Positions 51,388 through 64,000 of a stretch of DNA of 64,000 nt are shown here, piece after piece (within the stretch, counting starts at the first letter, position 1; the number at the start of each line of letters is the position of its first letter). The notes under the pieces were generated by a model, which was not told the DNA's origin, ran no database searches, and saw nothing but the letters and a program-made list of their open reading frames with translations. Source of the DNA: Octopus sinensis (taxonomy: Eukaryota); NCBI RefSeq assembly GCF_006345805.1, contig NC_043010.1, positions 54,746,001 through 54,810,000 of the forward strand, in the 5' to 3' direction. Position numbers and translations under genes: made by a program.

Positions 51388-51898
51388 CATTTTTACCAAT
51401 ATTATTAACACTATTCATTAATGAGCAAAGTCCTGATAAGCAATACAATCTCAAAAGGTAACGTGATATTTAATATATTGTTAATTTGTACAAGTTGGCT
51501 CCAAGTCTCACCCAGAGACCCCAAGAGAAAACGTGTTGGAAATTCATGTTGGTGTTATGCCTATGGTGCCATATATTTGGTTTTGTAAATAGTGTTGTTC
51601 TAGAGAATGATAAAGAAACCATATGAAAATTATGTTTGTTTTAACACTTGAGATTACATAGTAAGAATTTTGCGTAGGATATTAGCAGTTTCCATAAACA
51701 CTATCTTTTGAATTTCTGCTTTTCTGCCATTTTGGGGGCTTCTTCTTCTTCTTCTTCTTCTTCTATTATTATTATTATATTATTATTATTATTATTATAT
51801 CATTTTTACCAATATTATTAACACTATTCATTAATGAGCAAAGTCCTGATAAGCAATACAATCTCAAAAGGTAACGTGATATTTAATATATTGTTAAT
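51064..51898. repeat. Tandem duplication, ~420-bp period
   Basis: 51064-51485 and 51484-51898 differ by a few small changes plus microsatellite lengths. Confidence 0.9.
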
Positions 51899-52177
51899 AT
51901 ATTTTCTTCCTAGCTAGTTGGCAGCATTTCTGAGGAACGCCATTTCCCTATACTCCATTGAAATAGTGTTATGACGTCGCCACATGTTCTTTAGCTATCG
52001 AACAATAGCTACACTACTTATACGAGTCTTTTCTCTTGAGAGTTCAATATGGAAATTACACGTGTATACCGTTAAAATATGCGGATCTCAAATGACTGCA
52101 CTATCAAAATGTCAGTGCTACAGGTAATTTGTTTAGGAATCAGGTACTTATTGAAAAAGGCCAGCGATAAATGTAGA

Positions 52178-52248
<71 letters not shown>

Positions 52249-52521
52249 TGCGTATTGATCCACATAGAGTTGATGTTATTAGGTTAATTTTGGGGTTTTC
52301 TTCCACATTGATAATGTTAGTTTTATGTGAATCGCCCGTTTGTATCGATAGAAGTGTTTGGACGTAGGCGATAGATAATCTAATCTAAATAAGTAGAAAT
52401 TGATGTATGTAATTGGATGAAGATTTGATTAGCAACAATTCTGATATTATGCATCAATATGTAATTGGGGGAGGAATTTTCGTGAGACGTTGACCCTACC
52501 ATCTTATTCGTTTATAAATAA

Positions 52522-52581
<60 letters not shown>

Positions 52582-52668
52582 GTGTGCGTGTGTGTGTGTA
52601 TGTATGTATATGTGTATATATATATATGTATATGTGTATATATATATATATATTATATATATATATAT

Positions 52669-52703
<35 letters not shown>

Positions 52704-53016
52704 CAAGTAGTAGACGTCGATTGACGTATATTGATAGGTACGTACAATGAGTGCTTAGATTGGTTTGCCACTGAAATTCTCGGCTTGAAGTGTAAATGGA
52801 AATGAGGTGCTGAACTTGTCTATCCAAGGCGGTTAGAAGCGGTACCTGATTCAGTGGGTATAAATACATTAAATATGCTAGACGATAAGCAACGTATTTA
52901 GCATTAGGCGAGTATATTTAGTTTATATTAAAGAGTGTAAATTAATTAACTAAAATCAATACACTCACAAAAAGTAACGTGATAAGTAATATTCTTTATA
53001 CTATTATACTTTTGAT

Positions 53017-53368
53017 AGTTTCGATCATTTGACGGCGTCCATGCTAGGGCACCGCCTGTAGTCGAAGAAATCGAACCCAGGACTGAAGCCAAATATTTAC
53101 TCTATCGGTCGGATTTGCTTAGTTACAGACCCGTAAACACACCAACATTGGTTGTGAAGCGATGGTGGGGGTACGGACGCACAAACATATATATTTATAT
53201 AAATGCGACGGGCTTCTTTTAGTTTCCATCTACCGAATCCACTCACAAGGCTTTGATAAGCCTGAGGCTGTAATGGTAGACACTTGTCCAAGGTGCCATT
53301 CAGTGGGACTAGACCCCGAAGGATGTGGTTTTAAACCAGGCTTCTTACCACACAGCTACGAGCACGCC
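53017..53368 (-). mobile_element. SINE-B, degenerate
   Basis: Reverse complement of the SINE-B consensus. Confidence 0.8.
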
Positions 53369-54126
53369 TATATACTATACTACCAAAGTATTCTATTTGC
53401 AGGTAGTTGGCAGCATTTCTTAAAACGCCTTTTCCATATAACCAATTGGAATGTGTTAGTACATTTATGGTAGATAAGTAAAGTCTCTTAATGGTGTTTC
53501 TGGAAGAGACAGAGGATCGAGCTAATGTGTAACGAATTCACGTAATCCAAAGAATCCCGTCATCCCGTCATCGGAGAGGTCGAGAAAATCAGTATAGAAA
53601 GACAGATCCTTAATTGAAGATATTAGTAGTCATCAGTAAGAATGAGATGCAAATGTATTAGATAATTACAAGTTAAACAATTAGTGAATTAATGAAATCA
53701 TAGAGTTAATGAAGTGTTATAAATTTTGTTTGTATTCCCGTATATAATGTTTTAATTCAGCAGGTAAATTGTTTAGCGGGGAAAAAGTTACGAATGATCC
53801 ATAACAGAAGAATATAAGTTAATAAATTCATTCTAAGATTGAAAAACGTTTTAAAAATATATATTCCAATGTGAGGTAAAGACCGAGTAGAATCCATGTA
53901 TAGCTAAGAAATGTACTGCAATGTGATACAAAAATGGACTAGAACCAGTGTAAAACTGTATTTATAGAAATTATTTCCATCATATATGTACTAATCAAGT
54001 CTATTGTATTTTTATCTCGATATTTCCATGAGCGACGCTATCTCAGATCGAATATTGCCGTATAAGTGTTTGTATAATACGTATGATGCAGAAATGACTA
54101 TTTTGATTAAATACTACCTCACTTGC

Positions 54127-54195
<69 letters not shown>

Positions 54196-54201
54196 CATCT
54201 T

Positions 54202-55660
54202 GAAACTGTCCCTAAAAGGTCGAGCGGAGGTGGCGAACACGTACATCGCGTCCGTCATCTACTACCGCCTGACCGTCGTACCTTGTCCCGACCCTACCAT
54301 CACCAAACTACAACACATCCTCTTTCGCTTCTTGTGGAAAGGATGCGTCCCGATGGTCAGGCGATCCATTTGCTGTCAACACCCGTTAAAAGGAGGGCTG
54401 GGCATGCCGTGGTTGATGATGCGCAGACACGCGCTGAGACTGCGACATCTCTGGCTCTATGTAGACGACGGTGAACAGGTGTGGTCGCCGTTTGTGAGGC
54501 ACGCTTTCCCGCAGCTCGTCTCCATGACCGAACTGCAGTCGTGGATCAAAAAGAGGCCGAGGAAGGGCGAATGGCACCGCGAGTGTCGCGTTGCTCTCAA
54601 GCAACTCTGCCGTCCTGGGTCGACCTTAAGTGACTTCAACACAACCAAAGCATTCTATAGGGGTTTAGTGGAGGGGAGGTACGACGACGAGCTCGGGTCG
54701 AACCTGGACGTCGACGAGGAGTACCTGACCCGCCTGTTCAGGACGACTTTCGGGCCAGGGCCCATGGACAACTTCCAGAGATCCCTGGCCTGGCAGTGCT
54801 ACCGAGAAGCGCTACCCGTTCGGGATAAGCTCTACAGACACGGCTCGAGAACACGGGGCTGACCTGCCCGAGATGCGGTCAGAGCGACGAAACCGTTCTG
54901 CACGCACTCGTTCAGTGTCCAACAATTTCCGACCTGTGGGCTTGTGTCGAACAACTGCTGTCACGTGTGGGACGAGTCGGTTTATCAGCTGAGTCTATCG
55001 TCAATATTGTCACGCCTCCTCCTTCAAACGGGAAGGAAGAGCTATTTTCATCATCCTTGTGGCTATGGCGAAAGAATGTATCTGGTGGACGCGTCTGAAA
55101 GGATTGGAGACAAACACTTTCCTCTCTGGTCAATCTCTCATCAACTACTTCAAGTACCACTTGAAAAGGAAAGTGAGAGTAGAGAGGCAAGTTTTGTCTA
55201 GCGAATGTTTTAAAAAAAGATGGGTGAATGTTGCAAGAATGGCACGTATGAATGACGAAGCCACCTTGAGCATAGTCCTATGAACCCAGAAATCGAAAAC
55301 AGAGAGTTGCTTATTTGCAAAAAAAAAAAAAAAAAAGAAATATAAAATGTGACTTCATTGACCGAGGTTACCGTGGTCTTTTCCGTAGGCTTTTCTTTCC
55401 ACGGGTAAACCTCCCCTGTCCTCCCCTTTACACTTCATATTGACATTTCTGTGATAACGATCCCTATTGATCAATTTTTTTTTTCCTCCCCCCCTTTTTT
55501 TTAACCCCCCCTTTTTTGTCCTCTTTCTCTCCTTTTACGATCCCTTTTGATCGAAACTCCCCCTTCCCCCCCCTTTTTTTTTTCTAACCCTTCAAAAGAA
55601 AAGCTCTACCTTGTAATTTGTTCTATCTGTGTGCAGCCCTGTGTGGCTAATAAAGAAACA
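54202..55660 (+). mobile_element. Tx1-clade non-LTR retrotransposon copy 3, 5'-truncated, with 16-bp TSD
   Basis: KLSLKGRAEVANTYIASVIYYRLTVVPCP...LFRFLWKG...GGLGMP; TSD TATCTATCTACATCTT at 54186-54201 and 55661-55676; ~99% identical to copy 2. Confidence 0.92.
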
Positions 55661-55875
55661 TATCTATCTACATCTTATTCTCTTTCTCTCTCTTGCATAT
55701 ACTTACATATATACACTTATTTATTATGATAATAATAATCATATATATGTATACATCATAATAATTATATAAATATATATATATAATAATTATACATATA
55801 TATATATATATATATATATGTTTGTATATATATATATATACATATATAAACAGAGAGAGAGAGAAATAGATGTAC

Positions 55876-55910
<35 letters not shown>

Positions 55911-56165
55911 GAATATAATGTTGGGAAAGAATCAAATGCTTCCCTAGTCTTGAATATATTTAATCAGCATATTTTCTCTCATTGTTGACAGTATCATGTT
56001 ATCTATTTTGCAATTTGTCCATTCCCGCGGGTGTAAATTCTTCAGCATTCGAAATATTGAAACATACCCACTTGTACAGTGAACAAAGGGATTTTCCTTA
56101 AAATAACGACATAATGATTTGAATAGTTGACAGTGAGGAGGAGCAAGGTCAAAATCACAAGAAAT

Positions 56166-56553
56166 GGTATGGAAGCACTCCGTCGGTTCCGACGACGAGG
56201 GTTCCGGTTGATCCGATCAACGGAACAGCCTGCTCGTGAAATTAACGTGTAAGTGGCTGAGCACTCCACAGACACGTGTACCCTTAAGGTAGTTCTCGGG
56301 GATATTCAGCGTGACACAGAGAGGGACAAGGCCGGCCCTTTGAAATACAGGTACAACAGAAACAGGAAGTAAGAGTGAGAGAAAGTTATGGTGAAAGAGT
56401 ACAGCAGGGATCACCACCATCCCCTGCCGGAGGTTCGTGGAGCTTTAGGTGTTTTCGCTCAATAAACACTCACAACGCCCGGTCTGGGAATCGAAACCGC
56501 GATCCTACGACCGCGAGTCCGCTGCCCTAACCACTGGGCCATTGCACTTCCAC
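56166..56553 (-). mobile_element. SINE-A1, full length
   Basis: Inverted homolog of 10378-10765; TSD TCACAAGAAAT at 56155 and 56555. Confidence 0.9.
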
Positions 56554-56603
56554 TTCACAAGAAATAACTACGATATGTTTGTTGTAATCTTCTCCCGTGT
56601 GCA

Positions 56604-57020
56604 GAAGGCGGGAGGACACTTGCACACCAGGAAAATTGCTTAGCGACATTCCGTCTGTCTTTACATTCTCAGTTCAAATTACGCCGAGGTCGACTTTGCT
56701 TTTCTTCCGTCCGGTGTCGATAAATTAAGTACCATTTACGAACTGGGATCAATCTATAATCGACTGGCCCCCTCCCCCAAAATTTCGGACATTGTGTCTA
56801 GATTAAAAAAGAATCTTCTCCTCTGTGAAGAAGGCAGTGAGCACACCGGGTATTTTGCTTAGCGACATTTCGTTCCTTTTTACGTAGTTAGTTCAAACTC
56901 CACTCGGTCCATATCGCCTTTCATTGATAAAACAAGTACCCGTTGAGTCCAGGGGTTGATATAATCGACTTCCTTCCTTCCACGAAACTGCTAGCCTTGT
57001 TCCAAAATGTGAAACCTATA
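56604..57020 (+). mobile_element. Two tandem SINE-C copies with tails C2 and C3
   Basis: 56604-56813 ends CGACTGGCCCCCTCCCCCAAAATTTCGG...; 56830-57020 ends GAAACTGCTAGCCTTGTTCCAAAATGTGAAACC. Confidence 0.75.
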
Positions 57021-58755
57021 TTCTTCTGTGTGACTGTAGTAATATGTAGATTTGCATTATCGTATAATGATCAATAAATAGCGGTCTTACTGCACATTTT
57101 TGGGCCTCGCTTCCAATTGACGGCAATACTCTGCGTAACTGTTACGGTTGGGTTTCAAAACTTGATGATATACGACACATCTCCTATTTCACTAGATGCA
57201 GGACTTTCTTTGTGTCTAGTCCTCGCAAGGAGATTGATACACGCTGGGTGGAAACCATTCTAGTTTTCGTTGGTTCGTTGCTTATGTTTATAGACAATCC
57301 GTTTTTCATAGGATTTGGTCATTCTAACAAGGGTAATGTAGCAGGTCAATGGCGAGCAGAAGGTCACTCACTATTTAAGCTCAGAGGCAGGCAGATTATG
57401 TAGGACCCACTGATAACATTTTTTTGCTTTTGCAAGTTAATGATCATGATCAGAATATATGCTGCCTTGGACTCTTATATGCATTCACGTGCCGTTTGCT
57501 TTGGAGTTCTTTCAACTAGTTTTTCTATTCTGAATATGGAAATAAATCCATCCTCCCGGCAGATGAAAATATGCAGGAGTAAAAACCGCCGAACGAAAGT
57601 AGCCACATCACCATTGAGATGTGCAGGCATTAAAGAATCATTTCTATTGAGAGAACGAATATTTCCTGCCCATTTCATCGTTTGAGGACCATGTTTAATT
57701 CATACCATATGCAGTAATATACAGTGATTTTAGTCTGATGAAATGAAAGATATACAATCGACACGAAGTTATTGCCATTGATATACAGACGTCTAGAAGT
57801 ACGTACATATTATATCAGAATATAGAATCTAAATGATTAAATACGGAAGAGACGCAAATATGTACATATACGTAGAAGGTTGATTCTAGTCGTACATCCA
57901 AAATGTTATGATTCTTTTCAAAGTCACTAGTTGGAGATAAGCTTAAAGTTGATCTTGGTCCTTTCTTCTATAAGGGTGATATCGGAGATAATCTATCTTT
58001 ATCAGAGAAATGCATTTTGCAATGTTTAGTCCATCTTTGCAAAGGCTTCATTAAGATGTCGATGTCTATGGTTAGTTTTTTCTGGAGTATATCTTTGATC
58101 AATTGCATTTAAGTCGAAGTAAAATAGCATAAGAATACCTCACGTGACCATAACTTTTACAGGGAGAAATTGCGTTTATATAATTAGATTCAGTGATTAT
58201 TTCTATATTCGTTGACAAGGTTTCTGTTTTGTATATTAGAAAGTAACAAATAATGCAAAGCGTGGCTTCCTTCTCTTAAGAATATCAATGTATTCATGGT
58301 GTTAACTATTCACATAACTTTAAGCATAATGACTAATATAGCTTCTGTTTTATACATTCAGAGGTTTGAGAACTATATATGTTTTCGTGTTAGTCTTAAC
58401 TTATCACAATTTCTACTTAAAGGTCGTGTATTTTAGAACCACTAGTGTGACGGAGAAATTAGATTTCAGTGTTGAGCTTTGGCCATTATTGCATTGATTT
58501 GACAACTTTGCATTTTGTCATTTCTAAGACGATTAGATATAATATCAGTGAAATATTATAGTCGATATATTCGATTATAAATTTTCCCTATAATTCCTGA
58601 CATTGTTCTCTGACATTAGAAATCGATGCGTACATCCTTAATTCCTAATCCCAAATTTACAATCTCAGATATTGCAATATTGATGAATTTATACAATATC
58701 GCTTTTGTCTAAGTCATTAAACAATATAAAGCTCAGCGCGCCCTCTAATGTCCAT

Positions 58756-59372
58756 CTTGGATATTAAGTTACTAAGAAATGACATATATTTACAGTTAAC
58801 GAAGATAGTTATGGATATTTATAATATCACCTATTCTTCCTAAATTCTCTTTTCTACATATAATTATCGTGTAAACTTTGCAACATTATCCGCCATAGTT
58901 TATCACTTCCAAATCTGTTTATTACTTATCTAATAAGCATGTTTATCGTTATATTCATTTACACGTCCTCACAATTCTCACTATATTACTATATTTCAGA
59001 CCATTATGATTCAATGAATATCGGTGTATATTGAACTCAGGTTGGAATAACTGATGTATAGATGACCGGGTAATAAAATATTCAATATCTATGGTAGGTT
59101 ATTCACTTATTCGCATTGAGATGAGAATCTGTTACTGCATTGCAATTATGCATAAACTTCTACCTATCGAGAATTTATCACCGTAGTTGATTGACCCGCT
59201 AGATGAAATATCCAAAATCTTACTCAGCTATCATAGTATCGTAATAGGTACTGAAGTGCTACGTTTATATGTAGAAAAGGGAATTTTGGAAGAATGGGTG
59301 ATATTATAAATATCCATAACTATCTTCGTTAACTGTAAATATATGTCATTTCTTAGTAACTTAATAACCAAG
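58756..59372. mobile_element. 617-bp segment with 108-bp terminal inverted repeats (fold-back or MITE-like)
   Basis: 58756-58863 versus 59265-59372, about four mismatches; no TSD found. Confidence 0.65.
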
Positions 59373-60096
59373 TCAACGGTTAAATCTAAATGATCAAGGC
59401 TAGAATACAGCTGATCTTTGGTGTGCTGGTCAGACTTGACCTGCGGCTAAGCAACAACAAAAATTAACAGAGACAAAGAGCAATGCCAAAAACACGAATG
59501 AATCACTCTCAGACTAAACTGATTAGAGATTTCAATGATTTTTCTTTTACCCATTATTCTTTTTTAGCCTATGGCATTTTTATTTTTACAAAGTTAACAA
59601 TGAGTCTCCTTTCAAAAAGTATTCCCAACATTTATTCATTTATTTATTTTTATAATAATTCATTTATTTATATATTTATTTAATTATAATTTATTTTGTT
59701 ATTTAGGTTTTTGCTGGTCTTTCGTCTGTTTTAATAACATTCTCTTTGACTGCTGCTTTCATCTGTTTGAAGCCTTCACAATTGATTAGTTCACTTCTGT
59801 ATCTTACACTATTTTTACTTCATATTCATTTATGAAATATGTTTACAGCTAATTAATCCTCTTGTGTTCCTTTTGTACTCGTATAAATTAATGTAAGCTG
59901 TGTCTTAGGATCATAATGTTTGGCCCGTCATTAAGGTAATTATATTTCTACAGATATAGGGAGCACAAAGTCTGCACTACGTGACACAATATAATGATGT
60001 AATTTTTGTTACATCTTCAAGCAAGTTCTCATTAATTACATCACTAATAATAGTGGTAATGATAACACCACGACCACCACCAATATTAGTGGTAGT

Positions 60097-60198
60097 GATG
60101 ATGATGATGAAGATGATGATGATTATATTGTTTGATGATGATGATATTGCTGATGATGATGATATAGATGATATTGATGATGATATTGATGATAATGA

Positions 60199-60233
<35 letters not shown>

Positions 60234-60395
60234 AAGATGATGATGAAGATGATGATGAAGATGATGATGATGATGATGATGGCGATGGCGATGACGATGA
60301 CGATGATGATGATGATGATGATGATAAAGATGATGATGATGATGATGATGATGATGACGACGATGATGACGATGATGATGATGATGATGATGATA
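60097..60395. repeat. (GAT)n trinucleotide tract
   Basis: Direct reading. Confidence 0.95.
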
Positions 60396-60945
60396 GTGGT
60401 TGGAATGTACTAAAATTACAATGCTGGTAATACAAAAATAATTTTCAAAATGCCGCCTGACATTCCGCCCTCTTTCTCTATTTATCTTAGATCATATCCG
60501 CTTCATTAAATTACATTGTGTAACTAATTATATCGAATCGATAGTAGGAATATGTTTTTAGAACATTGATATATATAACCCCAGGACGTGTTTAAATGAA
60601 AACACAAAGGATCAAAGGCAATGTATAAATGAAGATCCCATTTTGTTAACCGATATAATGCGTAAATAAACACACTATCTATTACTTCTCACTTTTGTTG
60701 TAAATATTACTCTCTTTGGTCATTGCTTTTTACTTACTAACTGGGAAACGAACTACGAGGGCTGAGTGCAAAAAAATGCTGTAAAGATTTTCATATAATT
60801 CGGATTATTTGTAACAGTGCCTTCCGATGAGGCTTATTTTGACTTCTCGTAAGTCAATGTTTACTTACGGATAGGCAAGTACTAAGCTTACAAAAAGCTC
60901 GTCGAGAAAAATGTTTACTTTCATAAAAAAAATGTTCACTGGCTT

Positions 60946-60983
<38 letters not shown>

Positions 60984-60985
<2 letters not shown>

Positions 60986-61195
60986 AAGGTTTTTCAAACG
61001 ATGAATAGTTTGCGTAAACCATGGTCCGTTTTGTTCTCTTACTTTATTATCATCTTATAATCCATCTCATAATAACGACTTTTATGACTCGTATTACTAC
61101 CTCAGTCAATCTAAATGTATATATTTGTCGTTACCTGCCATAAATAGCCTTTTTTATTTGCAATGTGCATTTTCATTGGATTTTCATATTTTACT

Positions 61196-61243
<48 letters not shown>

Positions 61244-61304
61244 TTAATATTAGGGAAATTATTTCCGAGTCCACAGGGGAGAGAAATTCAATTTCTCGCT
61301 GTAT

Positions 61305-61347
<43 letters not shown>

Positions 61348-61559
61348 AAGGTTTTTCAAACGATGAATAGTTTGCGTAAACCATGGTCCGTTTTGTTCTC
61401 TTACTTTATTATCATCTTATAATCCATCTCATAATAACGACTTTTATGACTCGTATTACTACCTCAGTCAATCTAAATGTATATATTTGTCGTTACCTGC
61501 CATAAATAGCCTTTTTTATTTGCAATGTGCATTTTCATTGGATTTTCATATTTTACTCC

Positions 61560-61593
<34 letters not shown>

Positions 61594-61667
61594 ATATATA
61601 TAATTATTAATATTAGGGAAATTATTTCCGAGTCCACAGGGGAGAGAAATTCAATTTCTCGCTGTAT

Positions 61668-61700
<33 letters not shown>
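60984..61700. repeat. Tandem duplication, ~362-bp period, bounded by (TA)n
   Basis: 60984-61311 and 61346-61674 look identical outside the TA runs. Confidence 0.9.
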
Positions 61701-61706
<6 letters not shown>

Positions 61707-62987
61707 GATAAGTTTAAGAGACAGTTGTTTTTATTATTATTAACTTGTCATTTTCGACAAATTAAATTACCCGTCGAGCACCGCTTGCTGTAATCGATTT
61801 ATCACACCCCACTAAAAGGTTGCTGCCCTTGTACCACAACTAAAAAATACCGACTGTGATATATAGCGAAGAGAATTTAGTTGGTTACGAGAAAACGTGA
61901 AAGAAATGTGGAGAATATTCTTGAAACTAAGCTACTTGCCCTGGATAATTCGAAAGATCATTTCGGCAGATTCCACGATAATTTAGCATCGAAAGCGCGA
62001 GCGAATATCCTATGGATTAATTATGTAATATGTTCGGACAAATTATCATAAACGCGTTTATCACAACATTTTTATATCAATATTCATTTAAAATTTGTAT
62101 TGTATTAATATTTGGATTTGTGTCACACTGCTATCAAATTCATATTTTATTCTTCCGAAATATACAGCTAAATACGAGAAAAACAGGTAAAAAAATAATA
62201 GTAAATTGAACATTAATATGCCTTTCCGCAGTGTCAGCCACTCTCCTTGTAGCGTTATAAAAATTCATTAAACTGATCATTTCCTTACTTAATTACATAA
62301 TGATATTTGGGTGAAGTTTTTAGACAAGGTGTGGCATTTTTTTGATAATTATTCATTTTTAATTGTAAAATTGTAAACAAACGAGACCATATCTAATTGA
62401 TAACGACTCGCTTGTTTACAGTATAAAATGAAAAGGTAAATGAATTATAAATGTAAGAATAAAAAAAGAAAGTGAAAAACTCCAATTATTTCTAATGCTA
62501 CAGATTTTATATGCCAGATTTCGACTTGAATATCATTAGAGGAAAAACAGATACAAAATTTACAAAAATGAAAAACGAAGGAAAATATATTATTTGCTTA
62601 ATTATAGATCTAACTAAGGTGTGTATTAATCATAATAATTAATTCCTGATATTTGAATCTATGTATACAATGATTCAAAATTCTTTACATTATCGCTTCG
62701 CTAACCTTTGGTTGGTAATGTTGTAGGGGCGCCATTGTGACACTCAACTTGCGCTGAGGGTATTTACAGCTGATGAAGCACGGTATTTCTACATCGCTGG
62801 TCGCAGCCGATTACTTTTAGAAAACAGAAAAACTGACATTCAGAATGATAGAACCATATATTATTGATTGACTCTGAAAGGAATAAGTGCGAGGTTGACA
62901 TGTTATTTCACATGTGCAATTTAAATGACATATGTGACAACTCTTATATTACTTTCAGTGTATAGCTCTTACTTTAATCATCACAGC

Positions 62988-63540
62988 ATTAATATAACTA
63001 AGTCTATCGTTGATCTTCCTATAAGGTTTATAAATGTTCTTATTTAGATCTAAGGATACACCTAGGAAATTGACAACCGTCAGGTTGGTATCTGTAGTTA
63101 TGTTAAGACCGAAAGTTTTCATTAAATGGATAATTTCTTTCCTACACTGATCCTGTGCTGGTCCATTGGTATTGGCTGTTAAATGGCGAAGTATAAGTCA
63201 GGAAAAATCTTGCCCAACGTATCGAGTAGGAATAATACGATAAGATCGCATATGCCTGCTCCATCATATGACCCATGCTCATATCGAAAGCACCCTCTGT
63301 ATCGGTAGTCTTGGCCGACTCTGCGTTCTCGCTGAAGAGTAAAGTCTTTCTGGCATGGAAGATTATTATGTCCTTATCCTATTTCTATGAATTCGTTTGC
63401 GAAGGTGAAGGCGTTATCTAGCACTTTCTACATTAACGGCAGTGGAAAGTGCGTTCTTTGTGATATGTAAAGATAGCACATCCTCAGAAGCAGCCACATG
63501 TCTAAATTCAAGAACTGAACTTTTCGGATCATGTCCATAC
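62988..63540 (-). pseudogene. Penelope-like reverse transcriptase relic (Naiad/Chlamys-like motifs)
   Basis: LDNAFTFANEFI..., IIIFHARKTLLF...FDMSMG-YDGAGICDLIVLFLL..., GPAQDQCRKEIIHLMKTFGLNITTDTNLTVVNFLGVSLDLNKNIYKPYRKIN; frameshifted, catalytic YRDD segment missing. Confidence 0.8.
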
Positions 63541-64000
63541 GTGGCTAAATATTTGTTACGTTTTTGGTCCCCCTCCCCGACATTACAGATAGGACATGCT
63601 TTCAATATTGTGTCCACGTACATGCTTTTTATCTCTATATTTTTCCTTATGTTTCTTATATATTTTGTACTTATATTTTAATATATTTTTTATATATTTT
63701 TAGATAATTATAGAGATATTGTTTCATAGTTTTATTGCACATATATTTTTAGACATGATTTTTCTGTATTCTCTCTTCCACCTTGCATTTTTCCTGTGCT
63801 TATATAGACGTTTATATGAATTTTTTGTGCGCGAGTGTGGATGTGTGCGTGTGCGCGGGTATGTGCGTATATAAGTGTGTGTGTGTGTGTGTGTGTGTTT
63901 GTGTGTTCGTGTATGCAAATTTGTGCATATATAGACGTGTTTTATTCTTATTGCTTATTTCTTTACACTTTTTTACACATTTTTTCTGTATTTTGACTTT

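Noticed and set aside
59981-60430. 149-aa poly-Asp ORF resembling acidic biomineral proteins
   Set aside because: It is almost entirely a degenerate (GAT)n tract; non-ATG start, no signal peptide or splice context, and equally open in other frames.

Overview
AT-rich, microsatellite-saturated eukaryotic DNA, most likely an octopus (inferred from the tRNA-headed SINE families and the repeat load). I found no supportable host protein-coding exon, rRNA, tRNA gene or CRISPR array; nearly all ORFs in the track are microsatellite or transposon translations. The window is a mosaic of about 25 SINE copies from four modular families, relics of Tx1, HERO, CR1/L2-like, RTE and Penelope-like retroelements, Tc1/mariner derivatives and MITEs, several fold-back palindromes, two near-perfect tandem duplications and a 22/23-bp minisatellite. 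Best candidate for an undescribed system: a young Tx1-clade non-LTR retrotransposon that appears to be target-specific for (ATCT)n/(GATA)n microsatellites. It has three independent 5'-truncated copies (2603-2760 minus, 40862-42213, 54202-55660), all ending at the same base (AATAAAGAAACA|TATCT) without poly(A), all inside GATA arrays, with a 16-bp and a ~62-bp target-site duplication. Parallel themes are (TAA)n-flanked Dong/R4-like elements and (TA)n-embedded Penelope-like termini carrying at least five different minimal type I hammerhead ribozyme motifs. All alignments were made by eye; family names rest on recalled motifs, not database searches.
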